NCBI GenBank assembly: GCA_012295275.1
Contig: CM022674.1
Coordinates: 6,076,001 to 6,140,000 of the forward strand
DNA from: Chrysomallon squamiferum
Taxonomy: Eukaryota > Animalia > Mollusca
Direction of reading: 5' to 3'
DNA length: 64,000 bases
The first letter of the stretch is position 1, and the number at the start of each line of letters is the position of its first letter. Below, piece by piece: positions 39,800 to 64,000 of the stretch. The notes under the pieces are model-generated. The model saw nothing but the letters and a program-made list of their open reading frames with translations, had not been told where the DNA came from and made no database searches. The position numbers and the translations under genes were made by a program.

Positions 39800-40245
39800 G
39801 ATATGTAAACGTGGCCAGAGCACAGCATGAAACAAATGTTTGTAAGTTTTATTTATGGGCCGTTTCACAAATTCTCACATTAAATAATGATATATACAAA
39901 GATAATGCTAAAGAATATCTAACGTTGTCCCATTAAATATACACATAAAACGCATCAATCTATACTCTTCCTGTGTGTTTCTGCATACGTGCGTTACTGT
40001 GCATCTGTCTCTGTGTGTGTATACTTGTTTCTATCTTATAGCTGAACTGAGGGTTTTATTGTTGTACTTGTACCACTGTGCCAGTGTCTAGGGTGCTCCT
40101 TATCACGTCTAGGGGTTTAGAACACTATGACAGGGATTGGTAAATTTTAAATCATGACAGTAAAAACGATCAGATAAATAACACATCACCAAGAGTGCAG
40201 TTTGAGTTGTTTATTTATGTACAGATCATATGTTGTAATAATCTA

Positions 40246-40330
40246 CAGTGGAACCTTCGTAAACCGAATTGTACGTAAACCGAACCGATGTCAGACTCAC
40301 GAACAACACCCTCATGTTTTTCAATTATTC
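40246..40330. mobile_element. Possible Tc1-mariner/Tigger-type terminal fragment
   Basis: TA-CAGTGGAACCT start resembles the TIR at 14856, followed by repeated CGTAAACCGAA; no partner TIR found. Confidence 0.3.
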
Positions 40331-40341
40331 CTTTCTTAACC

Positions 40342-40405
<64 letters not shown>

Positions 40406-41812
40406 GCCATATGTCTGTATGTGTGTGTTTCTCTGTGTATATATGTTTATCCTTCTATATATCTACTAGTATGTCTACATTTGTGACTATCAGTCTCTCT
40501 CTCTCTCTCTCTCTCTCTCAGGTAGACAGACAAGACACAGACATCTAAACAGTCAAACGATCATAGAAAATGGAAATTTGTTACCATGAAAACATTAACT
40601 ATTCAAACGTATGTGTCTGCGCATGTTCGAAAGAGAAACCGTGACAGACAGTCATACAGTCAGGTGGACAGAGACAGGGAGAGTACATGTCAAATATGTT
40701 TATATAAATAACTGTGGTAGGCGAGAGGTAAACGTAAACAGAACACAGGAAACTCTAACTTAATTCACACACGTTTTACTCGCTGTCATACAAAGTACAG
40801 TGTGTTATATTACTGTGGATTATTTCCTTATATTTACAGATGTTAAGTTCTTGAAATTTAAATTATAGGATTCTGTTAGTTCATCCAATATATACGAGCA
40901 TGTCGAACAGTCACTGTTTCGAAAACATTAGCAAATATTTAATTTAACTTTTATTAGGTAAAACAGGTTAAAAATAATGTATCTTTGATGATTCATGTTT
41001 GTACGCATGTGTATGCATGTGTGTATGTGTGTATGTATGTATGTGTGTATGTATGTCTTTGTATGTATGTAGGCGCATATATATTTGTGTATGTATGTGT
41101 TAGTATATATGTATATTTATATATGTGTGTGTATGTTATATATATATATATATATATGCATGTATGTATGTATGTATATTTGTATGTATGTATTATGTAT
41201 GTATGTTTGTATGCGTAGATTTTATCATGGATCCATCTATATATCCATTTACATATGTTTGTAACTAAATGAGTGTGTATGTGTGTGTGTGTTTGTATGA
41301 GTGTGTGTGAATGTTTATGTATGTGTGTATGTAAGTACGTATATAATAATATATACATTTATGTACTCATTTAGATACAAACAAAAACAAACACATTTCA
41401 TTTCAGTTAGTTTTAATAAGTTAGAGTATTTTGTTATTTGTATAATCAAAAATATTATTGGATTTTAAAAATACAGTCATCTCGCAATTTTGAACCAAGA
41501 CTCAAAAGTATATCTACTTTCTTTTCCATGTGAGAAATATAAAGCCTCGAAGAAAAACACTGTTTTTATTAACTGTAAAAATTAATGAGTATTCATATAC
41601 AAGCGCACAATCGTCTTTTATTATTATTATTTTTCATATAAAACAGACATCGCTCTAAATATTCACAATAATTTTAATCATCATAAAACTGAGGTTTATG
41701 ATGATAGAAAAGTGATCACGAGAACTAAAATAATATCATATAAAGTTGTTAATGAAAAAACAAAGTGAGTAAAGATTGATTATATATGTGTGCGTACGTA
41801 CGAACGTTTTTA

Positions 41813-41848
<36 letters not shown>

Positions 41849-42351
41849 GACAGACAGACATAGACAGTCAGACAGACACACACACACACACACACACAAA
41901 CACACACCCATACAAGTATTTGGTTGTTTTTAACAATATACAAATCTGAGGTTATCGTCTGATAACTAATGCAAAAAGCCATATCAGGCTGAGTAGAGCA
42001 GTTTTAAACACTCCAGGGATGGGATATATATATATATATATATATACACATATTATCTCTTTACGACATGACGTTCGTCCTCTTGACATTTTTTTTTTTT
42101 TTTATTGATGAAACTTCATTGTTAGAAAAGTATGATCATCAGCAATAATAAAGGAAATTATAACAGCAAAAAAATAAATTCAATACCGTTTTTTTTTTGT
42201 TAATATGAAACGAACACTTGAGAAAGCACATGAGGGTGAATAATAATATAAAAAAAAAAAAAAAAAAATAGAAACAACAACTGATTAACATGTCTGCCAC
42301 TCCCAACGGCGCCAAAAACCGAAGCAGACGATATCGAGATTTCTGTTTCAG

Positions 42352-55652
<13,301 letters not shown>

Positions 55653-55703
55653 TCCAAGCCGTAAATTCAAAAAAACCCGAAGCGTCTCGTTTTAACACAC
55701 AAA

Positions 55704-55716
55704 TTTATAGCACGTG
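55704..55716 (-). promoter_or_regulatory. TATA box with adjacent E-box, CDF gene core promoter
   Basis: Minus strand CACGTGCTATAAA, ~50 bp upstream of the ATG at 55652. Confidence 0.5.
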
Positions 55717-56095
55717 CACCTTACCCACGTTTTTTCACAGAGTCTTTTTTTTTTTTTTTCCCCCCACTGTAAGACTGTAACAAGGGAGGCGGGGTTAGTT
55801 CTTTTCAGGTCACTAGTTTTGACACTTAAACTAAACAGTAACCTTATGTGAAATGTTTTTTTTTTGTTTGTTTTTTTATCTCGCTTGTATTACGGAGCTG
55901 TTTCAAAAACAGACTCTCCACAGAAGAAACATGTACCCACGTGTAATAGCAAAGACAAGCTGATTTAACTTTTGCCAGCTGATTCGGTTTTTATCAGTTT
56001 ATGACACAGCACAATTTTGTTTTCTAAACATTTTTTTTTTGCTTCTTCTTGATTCAATGGTTAGTGTTGTTATTAGTGCTGTCGGGTCACGAGTG

Positions 56096-56107
56096 AGTCA
56101 CGTGACT
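56096..56107. promoter_or_regulatory. Perfect CLEAR palindrome AGTCACGTGACT upstream of the CDF gene
   Basis: 12-bp palindrome ~400 bp upstream of the TATA box, with a GTCACGAG half-site 10 bp away. Confidence 0.45.
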
Positions 56108-57615
56108 GGCCTGCAGCTTTGGGTAGTATTAAGGTTGTGTTGACGCATGACTAGGATAGAATAGAAAGAAGCTATTGTAAGCGCTTGCCGAAGATCGTCA
56201 CGATTTTACGAAAACTGCCGAACATCTCTACGTTGTTTGTGTGAATTTTTTTTGTGTTTTTGTTGTTAGGGGTTGGGGAGTGCGGTTTGATTTTCGTTCT
56301 TATTTTCTTTGTCTTATTTGTTTGTTTTATTAATTTACTTACTTACTTACTTAATTAATCATTTTTTATTTTATTTTATTTTATTTTATTTTATTTTATT
56401 TTATTTATTTATTTATTTATTTATTTATCCATCGTTTCTTTCTTTCTTTCTTTCTTTCTTTTTTTTTTTAATTAATTAATTAATTAATTATTTTCTTCAT
56501 TTAAAAATTATTTGTTTTTAATCATTTCTTTCTTTCTTTCTTAAAGTAAATTAAATTATTTATTTGTTTATTTATATTTATTTTTATTAATTTATTTTAT
56601 TCTACCATTTTATTCCTCAAATTGTTCCATATTCTGATTTACTAAAAAAATTTCCATTCTACCAACAAATAATATTAGACATTAAAATCTCCTATTAATT
56701 AGGATATGTCTTTGCGTTTGTTAAGCCTGAGATCGTGTGTGTCTGTTTGTACGTGTATCAGTTTGTCTATTTCTTTCGTGTGTGCACATACATTATTATA
56801 ATTTTTGTGCCTGATTGGTTCCATAGGTAATGCACGTTCCATTTAGAACAACAACAAACAAATAAATAAACAAATAAAACATATAAAAAGAAAGAAACAT
56901 ACAAACGAACAAGTAAATAAAAAATAAGAAAAAAAACACACACAAAAAAACCACACCCGCAAATTAAACGAAACAATACACGAAGAACAAAACAAATAAA
57001 AAATAAAAATAACAAAAAATAATAATAAGAAAAAAATAACAAAACAAACAAAAACAACAATAACAAAAGAAAATAAATAATAAAACAAACAGTTTATAAC
57101 TCAAACTTTGTCCATTAAAACCCATATACTGACACAGAATGACTCATTTAATAATTAAAAAAAAAAAAAAAAAATAAATATTATTATATTTTTTTTGTTT
57201 TTACAAAGTTAGGAAAAAATTACATAAACAAAGCAAAGAAACAAATAGACAAATAAATAAAATAATAACTAAATAAATAATAATTGGTACTTTAGCAGTC
57301 TATATTTTAAGCTGAATTGTCCTTCCACAAAAGAACCGAAGATAAAATCATTAGAGAAAAAGAGGATTAATAATAAAACTATAAAACAAATAATCAATTA
57401 AAAAAAAAATATTAGGATAAACTGTCAAAGTTTTCCTTGTCTTTGTTTAAGGTATTTTTATAACGTGACATTTAAAAAAAAAGAAAAAAGAAAGATTGTT
57501 GAAGAAACTGCCATACAAGTGTCCAGTACAATACTCTGGAACACAAAAACTGAAAATGCTTTAAAAATTACATTCACAGAAAACAAAACAACAACAAAAC
57601 AACAAATAACTGTAA

Positions 57616-57656
<41 letters not shown>

Positions 57657-58547
57657 GAAAAAACAAAAAGAGGAAAACATAAAAAAAAAAAAACAGAGGA
57701 AGAAGGAAAATTTAAAACGGAAAAATTATGTTTGTATGCATGTGTGTGCATATTTATATATATGTGAATTATATGTCCATTTATAATATACCATTTTGTT
57801 ATATTTAACTTTGTTTGACACCAAGTACCCGATATATATTTTGCTTAGTGCTGTGAGGGTGTCGTTAAACATTCATTCCATTTATAATTACGTTTATAAT
57901 TTATAAACAGTTGAATATGAATTTTTACATGTATGTATGCTTGAACGTATATATATATATATATGAAGGGATGTATGTTAGTACGTATGTTGTATGTGTG
58001 AGTATACACAATCTGAAGGGATATTTGGTGAGGTATTCTCATGCTTGGTAAGTCGTGGGTTCAAGCCTGACAAACCTGCTTTGTGTGTTACTTTTCGTTC
58101 GTCGCAAAACAAACATATTACATCATACGTCGAGATACGCTTTTTCCTGTTTACTGTAACACGCATAAAAATAGCTCTTGTCTAGCTGATAAGAGCGACC
58201 TATGGTATGACGTCAGCGAATTTGCTGTCTCAGGCAAATAGGTGAGCTGCTATTAGTAATAGTAGTAATAAAAGACTGACTGTAAAAGAAGAAGATGGGA
58301 TGGTAAAGAAGAAGTCAACAACATAATCCTGCTACTAATAATAATTATAACGATTAATGACTAATAATATAATAATAATAATAATAGTGATTAATAATAA
58401 TAATAATAATAATAATGATAATAATGACTACTTCTACTAACAATAATGATAATAAATTAATAATGTAATAATAATAATAATAATAATGACTAACTATAAT
58501 AATGATATTAATAGTAATAATATTCATAATAATGACTACTACTACTA

Positions 58548-58595
<48 letters not shown>

Positions 58596-58990
58596 TCAAT
58601 AATAATAATAACAACAACAACAGCAGCAGCAACAACAACAACACCAACACGCTATATTAGAGGACATAAAAATAAAAAAGTATGAACGTTTAAAATAATT
58701 TAAGAATCACTGAAACATTTCAGTTAACATAAGTTTTGTATATAAATAATCACTCGCAATGAACTTATATTACCAGGGACAAATTATAACGGTCACACAG
58801 GCACAGACAAATACACATCGAAATAATAATAATCATAAAAAAAGAGTTCAGTTTTGTAATGAAAATTACGTTCTTAACCTGTTTATAGATATAAATCTTA
58901 CCATTAGTGTAAAATGAACATATTAATATTTGGATATGCTTGATTAGTTTCATACATATATTCACGCAAATCACTACCACGTACACAAGG

Positions 58991-59029
<39 letters not shown>

Positions 59030-60751
59030 AAAAAAAACCCGCTCGCATCTCAAAAAAAGAAGAAGAAAAAAGCAAACAAACAAGAAACAAACAAACAAAC
59101 AAACAAACAAACAAACAAACAGACAGTAATAAAACAAAATATATAACGAATACACACTGACATATTTCTTGAAGAAAGCGGAAGGTTTAAAATAACAACT
59201 TATTTTGGAACAGTATTTTACAATTTTCATTTTAAACATTAATTTTATTCTTGTACAGGGTCTTTAAGTTAAGCTTTGCTTTTCAATTTTTCTATTTGCG
59301 CCACAAATGATGAAATATTTATCACGAACTAAACTTCTGTTGCGTCAGAATTTTACCTACACTGATGCAATATACGACAACTCAGCAAAAAAAGGCAACA
59401 AAAAAAAAAAAAAAAAATCCAGACAATAACTAATCGCTTAAGCTTGTCAAGAGACCAGGAAAATACGCAATATACAGACGAAAATGATCGATTAATAGAC
59501 AGGAATAAAACTGATTATTTTACTGAATGAAGCAATGACTGAATGTACAACTGAACATTGACATGAAAGAACGAACTTAGAACTTATGTGTTTTATATAT
59601 ATAGCTTAATTTATGTATATAACTATATCGATATCCATTCATCTTTCTTTGTCAATGTTTTAATTGTTCTGACACATAGACAGACAGACAGACCAAAAAT
59701 ATTTTGCTATATCATGACTTAAAATAATTATCGTGTTTTTCTTTTTCTTTTCTTTCGCTTTCTTTTCTATTATTCTTTCTTTCTATTGTTCTTGTTTTGT
59801 TTTTGTTTTTTTGCGGCTGGCTTTTACTGTACGCTTTGAATAATAAACATAATGAGTAAAAGTACGCATTAAATTAGTAAACAAACAAATAAAACAAATA
59901 AACTTAAAATAAAATAAGTCAAAGAAGTAAAGTAAACAAATAAAAAAAAGCAACAAAAAAAAAAACAAAAAACAACAACAACAAAGAAAAAGAAAAAAAA
60001 ACAAACAAACAAAAAAACAAAAACACAAAAGGAATAAATAGATAAATAATTAAAAAAATAAAGAATGATATAACTAAACAGATATGAACAATATATATAC
60101 ACAATATATACATATATAAATGAATTCGTTTTTAGATTTAGATTCTATTCTCAAGCTGTCTCGTTGTAATTCTAAACGACGACATCGATGACGATAGTAA
60201 TAATAGAGATGATGATGATGATTATGATAATGATGATAATTACACTGATGATGATAAAATGATGTTAACAGTAATGAAAAAATGATGATGACAGTAATGA
60301 TAAAAAAAATATCACTGATACTAAAAGATGACGATAATGATTAGGATGATGAAAATGATAACGACAACGACGACGATGATGATGATGCTAACGGGGTAGA
60401 TGCTGGTGTGAACTAAACTACTAATGCTACTCACAAGGTTTGCAGCAAAATCAGTTTCTGCTTCGACATCTTTGACGTCAGACTACAGACGTTTGTAAAC
60501 AAGTTATCAGTTCATCCTGAATGTTGTAATAAGACCTGGAAAGATAAATTTAATAAATAAAGATAGAAAGGAAGAAAGAACAGGGGGAAGACAGAACGAA
60601 AAAAAAAAAGGAAAGAACAGTAAAAAGAAGGAAAAAAATGAAAGGAAGAAAGAAAAAAAAAGGAAGAAGAAGAAATCAACAAAACAACAAAACAAATGGC
60701 AACAACAAAAACAACATCAACAACAAAAGAAAAAATCAAAGAAGAACAAAT

Positions 60752-60821
<70 letters not shown>

Positions 60822-62095
60822 AATAATAATAATAATAATACAAAGAAGAAGAAGATGACGATAAAAATAAAAATAAATACACCTAAGTTTGATGTAGTGC
60901 TGTACTGTAATTTGAAAAATAAGAGTTATCTTTCTTATCTAAGTTATTTAAAAGTTTTTTTTTTTCTTCTTTTATCTTTTTTGAGAAATCAAGTCAAGGT
61001 ATTTGCCAGTTTTTTTCTTCGTCTGATAATACGAAATAAATCTGTTTGTAGTTTCATTCGTTTTATATTCAGTTCGCCAATATCTGCATATTAATAATAA
61101 TGATGATGATAATAATAACAATGATAATGATAATAATACTAATAGTGATGATAATATATTTAAATCATAATAGCATAATCATTTTCGAATACAATTTTAA
61201 ACTTATATAGCTTAATAATAATAAAAAAAAATATTATAAAAAACGTTAATCAAATAACTGACTGATTGATAGATAGAAAAACAAATAAATATTTAATAAA
61301 TAAATAAATAAACAAACCTAACAAAGAAAAGAATGAACGAACAAATGGATAAATGAAAGAAAAAAGAGTAAATTATACAACAAATAATATTTCAGTTGTA
61401 AAAGAAATATGCGTTAAAATATGCTCTGTGAACCAAGAAACAAAGAAAAAAGATTTTATTTTTTTCGTAAAACATTACTAGAAATAATAAATGAAAAATG
61501 TTGCAGACAAATAAAACAAATTTCCAAATGAAGTAAATATATTTACGTAACAAATGAAAACAAAATTTATAATTATATACGTCAAAAATAAACACATTTC
61601 CAAATTAAGTAAATATATTTACGTAACATATGAAAAAAAAACCAACTTACAATTATATACGTCAAAAATATAGGCTAAGAGTGATATTCACAAAACAGCT
61701 GTGTAAAATGACACACACGACTCAGCAAAAACTTGACGTCATCACTACTAAGAAAAAAAATAAAAACGTGACCCGTTTTCATTGTTCCTCATCCTATCAA
61801 ATTTCCACCTAGCGTCTTACATTCAACCACGGGTATTGACCCAATTATTTACTCCAGCGTCCAGAATAGTTTTACACATGTAAACCATAAAACGTATACT
61901 GACAACGTTTCTGGTAACGTTTCTGTGACGTAAAAATATTTGGTTTCCATGGTACTCCCCCAGTTCGTTAGCCATACAGATGTAGTTGATACTGAACGGG
62001 TTGTTTGATACGTGTAGCGGGGTTTGAAAGTGCCGAGTGCAAAAATAGATAAAACTTACTTGAGTGTAACTGAGCGCGGTGTCTAGGTAATCACT

Positions 62096-62101
<6 letters not shown>

Positions 62102-62171
<70 letters not shown>

Positions 62172-62647
62172 AGAGAGAGAGAAAGAGAGAATGAGCGAGC
62201 TAGAGAGATACAGAGGGAAAGAAAGATAGATAGATAGAGAGGGAAAGATAGATACCTAGATAGAGAGAGAGAGAGCGAGAGAGAGATTCAGCGAGAAAAA
62301 GATAGAGAGAGAGAAAGAGAAAGAGAGAAAGAAAGAAGGAGAGAGACAGAGAAAGAGAGAGAAAGAGAGAATGAGCGAGAGAATGAGCGAGAGAGAGATA
62401 TACAGAGGGAAAGAAAGATAGATAGATAGAGAGGGAAAGATAGATACCTAGATAGAGAGAGAGAGAGAGCGAGAGAGAGATTCAGCGAGAAAAAGATAGA
62501 GAGAGAGAAAGAGAAAGAGAGAGAGAAAGATTGAATGAGTGAGAGAAATATACAGAGGGAAAGAAAGATAGATAGATAGAGAGGGAAAGATATATACATA
62601 GATAGAGAGAGCGAGAGTGAGATTCAGAGAGAAAAAGATAGAGAGAA

Positions 62648-62692
<45 letters not shown>
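62102..62692. repeat. Compound GA-rich tract with about three higher-order copies of a ~170-190 bp unit
   Basis: TACAGAGGGAAAGAAAGATAGATAGATAGAGAGGGAAAGATA and GATTCAG(C/A)GAGAAAAAGATAGAGAG each recur three times between (GA)n ends. Confidence 0.8.
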
Positions 62693-62694
<2 letters not shown>

Positions 62695-62898
62695 TTAGTA
62701 TTTGTTAATGAATTTTCAATTCCTTTTCAGTACTGACACGTTATTTAGCATAATCACCTGGAATGTAAAAAATATGATGTTTTGCCTTTTGTATCTAAAA
62801 CAAATATAAATATTTCACATATAAACACATAAATATGTACGCAAACACTCTCTCTCTCTCTCACACACACAGGCACATTCACTGACGTTCACACACAT

Positions 62899-62946
<48 letters not shown>

Positions 62947-64000
62947 GTACAGTTTTTAGTTCAAAGAATCAGCTGCACTGTAATTTTTACACAACACACA
63001 AACACCCATACATATATACACACACACACATACGCTATATGTTTTTATATACAAATATGTATTTGTATATATAATATGTATGTATTTCAGTGTATCAGCT
63101 TTTCTTCTTTTCAGGGTTTTCATGTGACATTCTGACTACAGATGAGTGAATCCATGAAATACTCTCTCTCTCACACACACACACTCACGTGCACGCATAC
63201 ATACACACAACCACACATATATACGTATATTAAATGCTACAGTTTATATTTTAGAGAATTAGCTGCATTGGTATATATATATATACACACACACAAACAC
63301 ACACACACATACATAGATACAATAAACACATGCTATATCGTTTCTTCATATAAGTCTGTATGTGTAGATATGATATGTATGTGTATCAGTGTATCAGATT
63401 TTCTGTTTTTCATTTTTCTTGTTTTTATGTGACAATCGGACTACAGATGAATGGATCTATGAAAAGAGTGGATCTCTGTAACGTACGTTGATATTTTTGA
63501 TGGTGAACTATACGTGATGAGGACCTGTTTTCCTGATTGCTTCACTATACATTCTACATCTGAGAAAAGGAGGACGTTATTATTTCATATATACTTGTTT
63601 AACGGAAAGGTTCGAAGAGATAGCTAGCCGAGAAAAAGCCAGCAATGAAGCAAATTCAGGAGATAATGGAAAATCTATGGCTTTGCTGAATCGGCGTTTT
63701 TAATTCTAATAAGGCTGGTGATAAGTACGTTTGTTGTCTAATATCAATTGCAATGAGCAGATATCGTGAAGGACTGTAACAAAGATAGATAAACTAATCT
63801 TTGTTTATCGTAAAACCCAGTTATCTGCGAAGCTGTGTTTCATTAGCTACATTTCTTTTGGTATCAGGACAATTGCCCCCCCCCCGGACAACAATTGCCC
63901 CCATTTTTCTTCCAATATACCATTCAGAATTATTTTCAAGCAACATACCATTAAATTAGTCAAAGATTTACATTAAACTTGATTAAAGGCATTTGGATTA

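Noticed and set aside
61520-61670. ~78-bp direct duplication (similar case at 53480-53720)
   Set aside because: AT-rich local slippage duplicates with no coding or splice relevance.
63860-63905. GGACAATTGCCCCC repeated motif as a transposon terminus
   Set aside because: Only two short copies at the window edge; no partner end can be identified.

Overview
AT-rich, microsatellite-dense animal genomic DNA with spliceosomal introns; not prokaryotic. The style fits a lophotrochozoan such as an octopod cephalopod, but that is inference only. Almost all listed six-frame ORFs are microsatellite noise. By reading splice sites by hand I reconstructed five multi-exon genes. (1) An SLC7A14-like cationic amino acid transporter (+, 3500-11204, 8 exons, 619 aa). 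(2, 3) A tandem pair of VWDE/uromodulin-D8C-like genes with a signal peptide and a probable GPI tail (-, 11774-18986 with an apparent frameshift; 22000-29879 intact). They come from a ~9-10 kb segmental duplication that also copied the 3' part of the transporter gene as pseudo-exons. (4) A secreted Cys-rich EEP-superfamily phosphohydrolase (-, 30414-35959). (5) A Mn-type CDF/metal-tolerance transporter (-, 42352-55652). Notable structure: tandem arrays built from real splice junctions (about 30 decoy donors in the SLC7A14 gene, 6 intact decoy acceptors in the CDF gene), a former terminal GPI exon recycled as an internal exon, four AG|GCAAGT GC-donor introns, CLEAR-type palindromes near three genes, and a Tigger-like element in one duplicate only.
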